Positions 8,470-16,791 of a DNA stretch of 20,128 nt are shown here, piece by piece. The notes under the pieces were generated by a model, which did no database searches, was not told the DNA's origin, and was given only the letters and a program-made list of their open reading frames with translations. The stretch spans positions 1 to 20,128 of the forward strand of contig JBMFUT010000012.1 of assembly GCA_049966395.1 (NCBI GenBank), read 5' to 3'. Made by a program: the position numbers and the translations under genes. The stretch's first letter is position 1. The number at the start of each line of letters is the position of its first letter. The stretch comes from Candidatus Micrarchaeia archaeon (GTDB taxonomy: Archaea > Micrarchaeota > Micrarchaeia > Micrarchaeales > CABMGC01).

Positions 8470-8519
8470 AAGAATAAAAAGAAGTGGGGTATGGGGGTGG
8501 GGCTCCCATAAACACCCAT
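8470..8519 (-). ncRNA. Candidate small hairpin transcript (alternatively the 5' end of a 42-aa ORF, 8381-8509)
   Basis: TATA TTTAAA at 8539-8544; minus-strand sequence ATGGGTGTTTATGGGAGCCCCACCCCCATACCCCAC (TATGGG/CCCATA and TGGG/CCCA stems) followed by a U-rich tract TTCTTTTTATTCTTT. Confidence 0.35.
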
Positions 8520-8585
8520 ATATTAATGGCGCAACTCCTTTAAATACCGTTATTTTTGTAAAAAATATTGCGGAGTTTTTTCGGA

Positions 8586-9887
8586 TTATGTAAACGTTTT
8601 ACCTTCATTTACGTCGTCAGGCTTGCGTATGCCAACGCTGGCAAGATCAACCTCGTTTATTGCTTCTTCTATCTTTGACGGCTCGCCTATCCCGACTAAG
8701 AACGCGTCATCACCTCCAAGCCCGAGCACATCACCCATGAACCTGATTTCGCTTTCAGCAACGCTCGCATGAGGCTTTCTGTTTGTGAACATTATGCAGC
8801 CGTATTTGTTTGCCATTTCTCTCTTCTTCTCCTCGCCTAGCATATCATATATCTCAGCAATCCTGCCTTTGACTGCAAGCGCCCTCCCGGAGCCTGCAAT
8901 GTGGCTGTATATATCAGGATTCCTGTTGTCTGCAAAAGCGCTTGTTATGTCAAATATCGTAGTTGCGATATTCTTTAGCCTTGGGACCCTTTCGGGGACC
9001 TTAGAAGGTGCCATTCTCTGTATTATAATCCCAAGCACTATGACAAAGCCAAGAATTATGTAGTAGAAATAGATCTGCTCGCCTAGGAATGCTGCAGAGA
9101 ATGCGAATGTGAGGAAAGGAACAAGTAGCATTGCGTTGCCTACGACTGTGGGCTCTAGGACTTTCAAGGAATAATAGAAAAACACAGACCCTATCGAATA
9201 AGCGATGCCGCCTGTGAACAGCACTGCCATAAGGGTGTTAAAACCAGGCCAAGCAAAATGCGCGCCAGTGGCAATGACAAGCGCAAAGAATGAAGCCATT
9301 GCCACAAAGTCAAATATGAGGTTCTGCGCATAGACATCGGCATTCTGGCTCTTTATAAGCACGTTGGAGAGCGCAACGGCGAGCGCCGCAAAGAAGAGCA
9401 GCAAAATGTAAGGCGCATAAGCCAAGTTAACGCTTATAAGCCTGCCCTGCGTAAGCGCGATGTAAAGCGCAACAAAGCCTATGAGAAGCGAAATTATCTG
9501 GTATTTGTTTACCTTGGTCCTTACGATCAGAGGTATGAAAGGCACCATAAGCAATGGCCAGCTCCTGTAGACCACTCCTGCAAGGCTTGCAGAAGTGTGC
9601 AATATTCCAAGCGTAAGCAATGCTGACGATAGGAATGCGTTAAGAAAGCCGCTTATTGCAAGCGTGTAAAGGGTCTTTTTCCTGTACATCAGCTGTTTGA
9701 ATTCATACCTCTTTTTTGAAAAGACTATTGCGGCAAGTATTGCTGTAGAAACGGAAAACGAATAGAACAGGAAAAGCGGCATGCCAAGGGCGCTGCTGCC
9801 TATGTCAAAGAATATAGGCCAAAATGCCAATTCAACTGTTATAAGCGCCAAAAGTGCATATCCTTTCGTCCTTGGAGTAATTGCCAT
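8586..9887 (-). CDS. EamA/DMT family transporter with an extra ~135-aa soluble C-terminal domain
   Basis: About 10 TM helices in two EamA repeats (HTSASLAGVVYRSWP, LVPFLTFAFSAAFLGE), then a hydrophilic tail from about residue 295. Confidence 0.85.
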   Translation of the reverse strand: MAITPRTKGYALLALITVELAFWPIFFDIGSSALGMPLFLFYSFSVSTAILAAIVFSKKRYEFKQLMYRKKTLYTLAISGFLNAFLSSALLTLGILHTSASLAGVVYRSWPLLMVPFIPLIVRTKVNKYQIISLLIGFVALYIALTQGRLISVNLAYAPYILLLFFAALAVALSNVLIKSQNADVYAQNLIFDFVAMASFFALVIATGAHFAWPGFNTLMAVLFTGGIAYSIGSVFFYYSLKVLEPTVVGNAMLLVPFLTFAFSAAFLGEQIYFYYIILGFVIVLGIIIQRMAPSKVPERVPRLKNIATTIFDITSAFADNRNPDIYSHIAGSGRALAVKGRIAEIYDMLGEEKKREMANKYGCIMFTNRKPHASVAESEIRFMGDVLGLGGDDAFLVGIGEPSKIEEAINEVDLASVGIRKPDDVNEGKTFT

Positions 9888-9912
9888 AATTTATTAGTTT
9901 AGTATTTAATAA

Positions 9913-9961
9913 TTTAAACATGTGTTTTTATAGCAGAATTCCTTCTGGAATTTCGGAATTT
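9913..9961. promoter_or_regulatory. Divergent promoter and operator between the EamA and Lrp genes
   Basis: TTTAAA 9913-9918 (EamA, likely leaderless), TTTTTATA 9925-9932 (Lrp), inverted repeat AATTCC-N4-GGAATT 9937-9952, and direct repeat GGAATTT at 9947 and 9955. Confidence 0.55.
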
Positions 9962-9972
9962 GAAATGGTTCA

Positions 9973-10986
9973 ATGAAGGAATACGGCTACGCCAAGCGTG
10001 CAGTGCTCAGGGCCCTGAGCGAAGACGCCAGAGCATCAATAAGCAACATAGCAAAGCTTGCAAAATGCTCGAGAAGCGTTGCCGCGAAGTACGTAAAGGA
10101 ACTGGAAGACGAATTTCATTTAAGGTATACAATAGAGTTCAACAAGGACGCTCTCGGCTTCGCCTACAGATATATAATGTGGGTGAAGTTTTCTTCTAAG
10201 CCGCCAAAGGATAAGCTTATAGAGTTCTTCAAGGAAAGCGATATGGTGCAGTTCGCAGCCTTTACAGATGGCAATTTCGATCTTGTGGTAGAGGCAGAAA
10301 CAAACAGCGGCAAGGACTATATACTTTGGGAAACCTCGTTGGCGTACAGGTTTGCCGAATACAGGCCCAGCATACACCCCTCGCAGATAGTAGTGACCCA
10401 TATAGGATTCTTGCCAATTTCAAGCAGTATGATAGAAAGACTTGACCTCAGTAAATACGGCATGGACGACACTGACAAAAAGATACTCGTAGCGTTAAAC
10501 GAAAATTCACGGAAGGGCTACCGCGAAATCGCTAAGGAAATTGGCATAAACGAGGATACAGTAAGGTACCGCATAATGAAGATAATATCATCCGGAATTG
10601 TAAAGAAATTCTCCACAATAATCACAAAACCCCCAATGGAATATAATATGATACTTTTCGTCACATACCGTTTCGCCCCAGGCACTGAGAAACGCGCCGC
10701 AAGGGCCAGGAAATACTATATGGAAATAGACGGCGAGATGCCGCTTGTAAACACATTCCAAATACTTGCGCCAACAAGCGGCAGCGAGAGGTTTTTCATG
10801 TTTGCCTGCTTCGAAAGTATGAAAGACGCCATGGAAAAAGGCATAAGAATGCACAGAGAGATATTCAAGGGCGATGAACCAAAGATAGTATATGCTAGAA
10901 TCACAGACGTGCTGAAGGGGTATCTTCCAATAAGGAACATCTCTGTTAAGGACTCCTATAACGTGATAAAGTGGGAGGAATATTGA
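9973..10986 (+). CDS. Tandem (double) Lrp/AsnC family transcriptional regulator
   Basis: Two wHTH modules (VLRALSEDARASISNIAK...VKELE and DDTDKKILVALNENSRKGYREIAKEIGINEDTVRYRI), each followed by a RAM-like domain (e.g. TDGNFDLVV). Confidence 0.88.
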   Translation: MKEYGYAKRAVLRALSEDARASISNIAKLAKCSRSVAAKYVKELEDEFHLRYTIEFNKDALGFAYRYIMWVKFSSKPPKDKLIEFFKESDMVQFAAFTDGNFDLVVEAETNSGKDYILWETSLAYRFAEYRPSIHPSQIVVTHIGFLPISSSMIERLDLSKYGMDDTDKKILVALNENSRKGYREIAKEIGINEDTVRYRIMKIISSGIVKKFSTIITKPPMEYNMILFVTYRFAPGTEKRAARARKYYMEIDGEMPLVNTFQILAPTSGSERFFMFACFESMKDAMEKGIRMHREIFKGDEPKIVYARITDVLKGYLPIRNISVKDSYNVIKWEEY

Positions 10987-10996
10987 CGCTGCAGTG

Positions 10997-12262
10997 CTAG
11001 CCAAGATGCCTTGTTATTTCTTCTATAAGTTTCCTGCCCTCAAACGTGCCAAGCTTGCCTTTTCCGTCTATATTCTCGTCAAAGTGCATGCTGTCGCTGC
11101 CTATTGGTTTTGAAGGGCGGATCATCACAGGCACAGGATCTGCAGAATGCGCCTTAAGCTCGCACGGCGTCGAATGGTCTTCTGCCACGCACAGCGCAAA
11201 TGGCAATTCCCTTGGCAGAACCGCGAAAAAACCAGAATCTATTTCTTCCAGCGCGCGTTTTTTACCAATAGCGTCGCCATCGTGGCCAGGCTCGTCAGGG
11301 CCCTTCAGGTGCACATACGCGAAATCGAAGCTGCCTGAATGCTTCATTATTGTCCTGGCAATCTCCCTGTAGCGCATCTTCTTGTCCCTGCGCCACCTTG
11401 AGCGAATCTCTTTCATGCCCAGAACCCTGGCTATCCCTCTCTCAACAGGCATTTCTGTGGCAAAGGCGAAACTCATGCCGTATTTCTTCCATATTGGCAC
11501 TACTTTCGGGAGCCCCACCCCGGCATCTCTCATAAGTATAGCGTTGGCAACGGGCAAACCTCTCTTAGACCTTTGCTCGTTTACCCTGGACTTTCCAAGC
11601 TTCGAGATTACCGCATCTATGAAGTTGTTTAGCATATCTGCAGTCCGCCTTGAGCTTTTTGTATTGTCAAGCGCAACGACCTTTGGAATCTTGCTACCTG
11701 CGCTGCTAGCGGCAGAAGCTATGGATATGCTTCCTTCCCTTACGTATCCAACATCAGCATTTGATACCATTGGCGAAAATTTGAATGATTTTGAATAAAA
11801 GGCAATGACAGCCCTATGGCCTACTGTCGCCTTGAAATTGAATCTGACTCCCTTTTCGCCAAGTTTTATGCTGTTTATTTCTTTTTCTAGTTGCGCAGCT
11901 TCATTTCTGGTTATGCTTCTACCTGCTCTTCTGTCTAATATAGTCCTATCGTTTCCCACAGTGGCAAAGTTGCATCTTAGGGCAAGAGTGTTGTCGTCAA
12001 TTTTCAGCCCGGCGCCGAGTGCCTCGACGGGTCCTCTTCCGGTATAACTCTCTTTTACATCATATCCCAGGATTGAGAAAACAGCAGCGTCAGATTCTGG
12101 AGCTATGCCTTTGCCTATTGGATACATCATACCCTCAAAAGATCTTTTGGCGAAGCCATTGAGATTCGGCATTTTCGCAGCCTGAAGCGGCGTCCTGTTC
12201 CCGAGGATTTTTATTTTCCTGTCCGCGGCGCCATCAAGCACAACGAGAAGAATTTTCATCAT
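10997..12262 (-). CDS. apgM: 2,3-bisphosphoglycerate-independent phosphoglycerate mutase, archaeal type
   Basis: LDGAAD, RTPLQAA..PNL, PESD (phosphoserine site), YTGRGPVEALG, DRRAGR, HLKGPDEPGHDG, DHSTP, HSADPVP. Confidence 0.93.
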   Translation of the reverse strand: MMKILLVVLDGAADRKIKILGNRTPLQAAKMPNLNGFAKRSFEGMMYPIGKGIAPESDAAVFSILGYDVKESYTGRGPVEALGAGLKIDDNTLALRCNFATVGNDRTILDRRAGRSITRNEAAQLEKEINSIKLGEKGVRFNFKATVGHRAVIAFYSKSFKFSPMVSNADVGYVREGSISIASAASSAGSKIPKVVALDNTKSSRRTADMLNNFIDAVISKLGKSRVNEQRSKRGLPVANAILMRDAGVGLPKVVPIWKKYGMSFAFATEMPVERGIARVLGMKEIRSRWRRDKKMRYREIARTIMKHSGSFDFAYVHLKGPDEPGHDGDAIGKKRALEEIDSGFFAVLPRELPFALCVAEDHSTPCELKAHSADPVPVMIRPSKPIGSDSMHFDENIDGKGKLGTFEGRKLIEEITRHLG

Positions 12263-12275
12263 ACCACAATCAAAA

Positions 12276-13814
12276 CTACCTCTCCAGAACAAAGCCTCTC
12301 TGCTGCATCTTTTCGATCCTTATTTCCTTCAGAAGCATGCTGCTGCCAGACGCAGCAACTATGCCGGCATTGTCTAAAATGTATCTTTCAGCATCCTTCA
12401 GCGCCGAAGTGGAATCCGAATAGACTGTTGCCATAGGCTCGCCTTTCTTCACGTTGTCGCCTAGTTTTTTGTGCATTATGATTGCGGCGCTCTTAATTTT
12501 AGGCGCGCCGGCGAGCCTGGTGCCATACGCGAGGACCAGGTTGTCTATCGCCATTATCCTTCCGTCAACTTCCGATTCAATGATGGAAGAATACCTTCCT
12601 AATTGTATGTCGTCCGGCTTTATTTTAGGGTCTCCTCCCTGCTCGTCTATTATCTGCCTGAGTTTCTGTTCAGCCATGCCTTTCTCTATTATGCTTTTTG
12701 CGAGCTTCTTGCCGTTCTCCTTGCCACCCATTTCGAGAAGCATTCCCGCTATGCTTGTCGCTTTGTCTACCAAGTCTGGCACAGTGTTCCTGTAGTGCAG
12801 CACCCGCAGCGCCTCCCTAGCTTCAGCTGCGGCGCCTATAGCATATCCTATCGGCTGCTCTCCGTAAGTCACAGCTCCCCTTATCCTTATACCCATGCGC
12901 TCTCCTAGCGCAGAGAAGTCCTTTGTCAGTGCCCATGCGTCTTCCTTGTTCTTTACCTTGGCATTCTGCCCTATTGGTATGTCAAGCACCATGTCGGTAG
13001 AACCAGCTGCCTTCTTTTTGGATATAATCGAAGGCAAAAGCAGTGGATCTATTGAAAAAGGATATTCTATCCTAATGAAGATGTCGTCTGCCGGCGCCAT
13101 GTGCACCGCGCCTCCCCAAACTATGCACCCATTTGTCTTTTCGACAACTCCTACCATCTCCTTTGCAGAAAGATCCACAGGCATCAGAACCTCTGCCCTG
13201 TCCGCTGTGCCGGCAGCAGAAGTTATTGCCCTGGATGATGTCTTTGGTATTGTCAGCCCTGCAGCTGCAATGATGGGCACTACAAGTAGCGTGGTTTTGT
13301 CGCCAGGCACCCCGCCTATCGAATGCTTGTCGAAAATCCTCTTTTTCTTCAGTCCAAGAGTTTCCCCTGTCTTTACCATTGCCATAGACATGTATTCCGA
13401 TTCTTCCAAGTCAAGCCCATAGGCGTGCAACGCCACTACGAACGCAGTCAGCTCGTTTCTGTCCAGCTTCTTGTTCACCGCGTCTTTCACTATCTCATAT
13501 ATTTCGTCGTAGTCTAACCTCTTACCGTTGAGCTTGTCCTTTATTGCGGCAAGCGACTTCGGCTGCTTTGAAAGCAGTGCTTCCACCGCATCGCCGTTTT
13601 TCGCGCCTAGCTCGTCATTCACGTCTTTGGTTAAACCCACTAAACCTCTTTCTATTATAGTTGTAAGATTTGCTATCGCCACGATGCTCCTCGAAGAGGA
13701 TCTGAGCGTTACCCTGTCGCCAGGATGCACATTCATAGTGTCACCGTCAGCCTCGTTAATAAGGACGACGCTTGCCCCTGTCTCAAGATCCAATATCCTT
13801 GCCCTGAGCATCAT
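12276..13814 (-). CDS. deoA: AMP phosphorylase (nucleoside monophosphate phosphorylase, thymidine phosphorylase family)
   Basis: N-terminal extension domain, DKHSIGGVPGDKTT, IPKTSSRAITSAAGTAD, VWGGAVHMAPADD, AGAPK; directly downstream of RuBisCO. Start is one of three tandem ATGs (13817/13814/13811). Confidence 0.93.
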   Translation of the reverse strand: MMLRARILDLETGASVVLINEADGDTMNVHPGDRVTLRSSSRSIVAIANLTTIIERGLVGLTKDVNDELGAKNGDAVEALLSKQPKSLAAIKDKLNGKRLDYDEIYEIVKDAVNKKLDRNELTAFVVALHAYGLDLEESEYMSMAMVKTGETLGLKKKRIFDKHSIGGVPGDKTTLLVVPIIAAAGLTIPKTSSRAITSAAGTADRAEVLMPVDLSAKEMVGVVEKTNGCIVWGGAVHMAPADDIFIRIEYPFSIDPLLLPSIISKKKAAGSTDMVLDIPIGQNAKVKNKEDAWALTKDFSALGERMGIRIRGAVTYGEQPIGYAIGAAAEAREALRVLHYRNTVPDLVDKATSIAGMLLEMGGKENGKKLAKSIIEKGMAEQKLRQIIDEQGGDPKIKPDDIQLGRYSSIIESEVDGRIMAIDNLVLAYGTRLAGAPKIKSAAIIMHKKLGDNVKKGEPMATVYSDSTSALKDAERYILDNAGIVAASGSSMLLKEIRIEKMQQRGFVLER

Positions 13815-13819
13815 CATCT

Positions 13820-15112
13820 TCACCTGGTTCTCTTGTAGCCCCAATATTTTAGCGCGGCAGCGAGTTCTGAATGCCCCTTTGCGTACTCTTCAAGCTCCAC
13901 GCCTTCAGAAGTCGCCTCTATTGCCTGCCTCATTGCCATTGCTCCTGCCTTCACCCCGTTCGGATGGCCATCTATTCCTCCTCCCGCTTGTATCACAATC
14001 TCCTTGCCCAGTATTTTCATCACCGGAGGCACAAGCCCTGGGTGCAGCCCTCCAGAAGTAACAGGAACAACAGGCTTTATTTTGTACCATTCCTCGCTGA
14101 GCACATCCTTTGCTGGCTTCATCTTTTCCAATACCATCTCTTCATCCAAGTCGATAACCTCCTTGCGCGATCCTTCCATCTTACCTACTACAGTGCCTAT
14201 GTGTATTTGGTCGACGCCTATGAGCCTTGCGAGCTTAGCCACAACCAGCATGCTCATCCCGTGCTTCGGGTTCCTTGTGAATGCGGCGTGGAAAGCCCTG
14301 TGAGCGTGCAGCGCCAAACCAAGCTCTTCGCAGCGTTGCCTGACCGTCTGGACAGCGGCCCAGCCTGCCGTAAGTATGTCGACCATCACGTATTCCCCTC
14401 CAAGTTCCTTAACGAGCCATGCCCTCCTGAGCATCTCGTTTGTTTCTGCAGTTATGTTTGCAAGGTAGCTCTTGCGCTCTCCAGTCTCGTGCTCTGCGTA
14501 GTCCCTGTACTTGAACATCAGCTTCATCCTGTCCTCGAACCTGTTGAAGCTCTGGCTGGTAAGATTCTCGTCATCTTTTAGCAAGTCCACGCCGCCCAGC
14601 CAAGCTTCCTTCGCAACCTCTGTATGCTCTTCTGTTGTCATGCCTACCTTTGGCTTCGGCACGTGCGCTAGCAGCGGCCTCCTTTTTTCCATCTTGAATA
14701 TCTTGCCAAAAACGCCGTCCAGGCCGAATCCCGGGCCCTTGAAATATTTGATGTACTCCTCAGGGAAGTATATATCTTCAAGCCTGAGATTCTTCAACGC
14801 CTTCATGCCGAAGATGTTGCCTGCAACAGCGCTCATGAGCTGCGGTATGCTTCCCATCTCGAAAAGCTCTATCGGGTAGGCGACCTTCACGTAATTGCCT
14901 TCTATAGAAAACGCCCTTGCCCTGATAGCCCTTATGTGCTCCTTCAGCGTTGTCAATTCAGCCCAAGTTCCGTTGCTGCTCTCGCTGGCTATCCTGCCTA
15001 TAGCCTCTTTCATGCTTATGCCTTTCGCTGGCTCAACCCTGAAAAGAACTACCAAATCGCTCTCCTCGGGCTTGTATTTCAAGTCTATAAAATCCATATA
15101 TGGATCCTTCAT
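13820..15112 (-). CDS. rbcL: Ribulose-1,5-bisphosphate carboxylase, archaeal form III
   Basis: ASESSNGTW, GNIFGMK, PKPKVG, GGVDLLKDDEN, HAHRAFH, HIGTVVGKMEG, SGGLHPG, QAGGG; the catalytic residues checked are intact. AGGTG RBS before ATG15112. Confidence 0.96.
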   Translation of the reverse strand: MKDPYMDFIDLKYKPEESDLVVLFRVEPAKGISMKEAIGRIASESSNGTWAELTTLKEHIRAIRARAFSIEGNYVKVAYPIELFEMGSIPQLMSAVAGNIFGMKALKNLRLEDIYFPEEYIKYFKGPGFGLDGVFGKIFKMEKRRPLLAHVPKPKVGMTTEEHTEVAKEAWLGGVDLLKDDENLTSQSFNRFEDRMKLMFKYRDYAEHETGERKSYLANITAETNEMLRRAWLVKELGGEYVMVDILTAGWAAVQTVRQRCEELGLALHAHRAFHAAFTRNPKHGMSMLVVAKLARLIGVDQIHIGTVVGKMEGSRKEVIDLDEEMVLEKMKPAKDVLSEEWYKIKPVVPVTSGGLHPGLVPPVMKILGKEIVIQAGGGIDGHPNGVKAGAMAMRQAIEATSEGVELEEYAKGHSELAAALKYWGYKRTR

Positions 15113-15123
15113 TTTCACACCTT

Positions 15124-15951
15124 TTACCTAAACATCCAGCTGTATTTTTCGTTGAGCGCGTCGACCAAGGCTGTGGACTTTAATACTCCTATCTCTGTGA
15201 CCACCGCCACTATATACTTTGAAGGCACGACGTCAAACACCGGGTTTATTATTTTTATCCTCTTCGGGTGGCTGCTCCAAACTTCCTTTGCGCTCCTGCT
15301 CTCTATCCTTTCCGGATTGCCATATTCCGTCATCGGATCAAACTTGAACGAATGCGCAACGACATACACCGGTATGCCATGCTCGCTTGCAGCCTTTGCA
15401 AACAGGTGAGTGCCAACTTTGTTGACTATATCGCCATATGCGGTAATTGCATCCGCGCCGATGAGCATCAAGTCGACGTCTTTCATTGCGTAATATGCTG
15501 CCGAATCGACGAACATGTTCACGCTTATGCCTGCTGCAGCGAGGTGCTTCGCAGTAATCCTCCCTTGGAAGTCTGGCCTCGTTTCAGTCACATTTACAGT
15601 GATATTCTTGCCTACTTCCTCGGCATGGAGCAGCACATCTTCCACGCTCGCAGAGTGGCAGTGAGTATATATTGCGCTGCCGTTTTTTATTATCCTGCTG
15701 CCAAATTCGGCAATTTTCTTCATGTCCTCATTGATGCGCTTGACAAGTTTTTCTGCATCGTCAAACTTGTTAAGATAGTTTAACACGTTCCTGAGCATTG
15801 GCTCTGTAGGTCTTGCCGCCTTGAGCGCAGCGGTGGCACGCTTCTTGTCCGGCGATCTGTTCCATGCATCTATCGCCGCCAGAGCAACCTCTTCCGCTCC
15901 CTGTATTTTCAGCATTTTGATATCTTTGATTGTTTTGCTCAAGTAATCCAT
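15124..15951 (-). CDS. Ribose-1,5-bisphosphate isomerase (eIF-2B alpha/beta/delta family)
   Basis: KIQGA, ARPTEPMLRN, THCHS (catalytic Cys), ETRP.FQG, IGADAI (catalytic Asp), NKVGT, NPVFD; upstream of rbcL. GAGGT RBS before ATG15951. Confidence 0.92.
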   Translation of the reverse strand: MDYLSKTIKDIKMLKIQGAEEVALAAIDAWNRSPDKKRATAALKAARPTEPMLRNVLNYLNKFDDAEKLVKRINEDMKKIAEFGSRIIKNGSAIYTHCHSASVEDVLLHAEEVGKNITVNVTETRPDFQGRITAKHLAAAGISVNMFVDSAAYYAMKDVDLMLIGADAITAYGDIVNKVGTHLFAKAASEHGIPVYVVAHSFKFDPMTEYGNPERIESRSAKEVWSSHPKRIKIINPVFDVVPSKYIVAVVTEIGVLKSTALVDALNEKYSWMFR

Positions 15952-15961
15952 AAGCGCAACC

Positions 15962-16114
15962 TCAAAACAGGCTTGAATACGGACGCAGTGCTGCAGCATT
16001 CACGTGTTCTTCTGTTGTCAAAAGCGCATCTTTTTTGTTTGCATAGAACGAGGAATTCGATGGCATTTCTGTTGCATCTTTGGTTAGCTGTCTGCGCATT
16101 GCTTCAAAACACAT
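15962..16114 (-). CDS. Small hypothetical protein (50 aa; 53 aa from ATG16123) leading the RuBisCO operon
   Basis: MCFEAMRRQLTKDATEMPSNSSFYANKKDALLTTEEHVNAAALRPYSSLF; GGTGGAG before the ATG, TATA about 40 nt upstream, and a TGA stop overlapping the isomerase RBS. Confidence 0.5.
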   Translation of the reverse strand: MCFEAMRRQLTKDATEMPSNSSFYANKKDALLTTEEHVNAAALRPYSSLF

Positions 16115-16150
16115 CTCCACCATTCAAGTCTATTATTAATCCAACATCAA

Positions 16151-16159
16151 ATATTAAAA
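16151..16159 (-). promoter_or_regulatory. Putative TATA box of the small ORF-isomerase-rbcL-phosphorylase-apgM operon
   Basis: Minus strand TTTTAATAT preceded by a BRE-like GCGAA. Confidence 0.5.
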
Positions 16160-16172
16160 GATTCGCTGGTTG

Positions 16173-16209
16173 TGCGCAGCCGCAAAATCGCATATGCGAG
16201 GCATGCGCA
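16173..16209. promoter_or_regulatory. Palindromic putative operator between the divergent operons
   Basis: Perfect 12-bp palindrome TCGCATATGCGA (16188-16199) nested in TGCGCA-GCC...GGC-A-TGCGCA; partial copy ATATGCGA at 16225-16232. Confidence 0.5.
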
Positions 16210-16248
16210 AAAAATAATAAGATGATATGCGAAATAATCAGTGTTGGC

Positions 16249-16773
16249 ATGGCAATAGAAGCGCAGCTCAAGGAAAAAATCAGGAGCATAAAGGATTACC
16301 CCAAAAAGGGCGTGGTCTTCAGGGACATAACTCCATTGCTGAGGGATTCCGATCTTTTCGGCAGATGCGTAGATGCGCTATCCAATTCCTTCTCTGGAGA
16401 AAAAATAGACTATGTCGCCGGCATAGAAGCAAGAGGGTTCATAGTGGGAGCGCCTCTTGCCATGAAAATTAACGCAGGCTTCGTGCCGATAAGGAAAAGC
16501 GGCAAGCTTCCATACGAAAAGGTGTCAAAGAGCTATTCGCTAGAATACGGAAACGAGACTCTTGAAGTGCACAAGGATGCTGTAGAAAAAGGAAGCCGCG
16601 TTCTGATAGTAGACGATCTGCTTGCCACTGGGGGCTCCTCAAGCACCGCCGCATCGCTTATCGAGAGCATAGGCGGAAACGTTGTTGGTTTCGCCTTCAT
16701 AATAGAGCTTGAAAGTTTAAACGGAAGGGCCAAGCTCGGCGGCAGAAAGATAGTGTCGCTAGTCAAGTTTTGA
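16249..16773 (+). CDS. apt: Adenine phosphoribosyltransferase
   Basis: IKDYPKKGVVFRDITPLL, GIEARGF, RKSGKLP, YSLEYG, PRPP-binding motif VLIVDDLLATGG. The true start is most likely ATG16249. Confidence 0.96.
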   Translation: MAIEAQLKEKIRSIKDYPKKGVVFRDITPLLRDSDLFGRCVDALSNSFSGEKIDYVAGIEARGFIVGAPLAMKINAGFVPIRKSGKLPYEKVSKSYSLEYGNETLEVHKDAVEKGSRVLIVDDLLATGGSSSTAASLIESIGGNVVGFAFIIELESLNGRAKLGGRKIVSLVKF

Positions 16774-16791
16774 TTTGTGTTTGGTGACTCA

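Noticed and set aside
8486..8502. Intramolecular G-quadruplex
   Set aside because: Only three separate G-runs are present, and Watson-Crick hairpin pairing with CCCATA explains the sequence better.
8361..8519. Alternative 52-aa leaderless ORF (MGVYGSPTPIPHFF...) and the plus-strand micro-ORF MGVGLP (8491-8511)
   Set aside because: The first ATG is at or upstream of the predicted transcription start, and the plus-strand ORF has no evident promoter. Neither is supported over the alternatives.
13820..15112. RuBisCO-like protein (form IV) or Calvin cycle autotrophy
   Set aside because: The carboxylase residues checked are intact, the context is nucleotide salvage, and no phosphoribulokinase or small subunit gene is in the window.
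15124..15951. Translation factor eIF-2B subunit or methylthioribose-1-phosphate isomerase
   Set aside because: The THCHS and RPTEP motifs and the position next to rbcL and AMP phosphorylase fit R15P isomerase better.
15973..16248. 92-aa N-terminal extension of APRT in the ORF track
   Set aside because: It spans the divergent promoter region and the opposite-strand small ORF; APRT homology starts at ATG16249.
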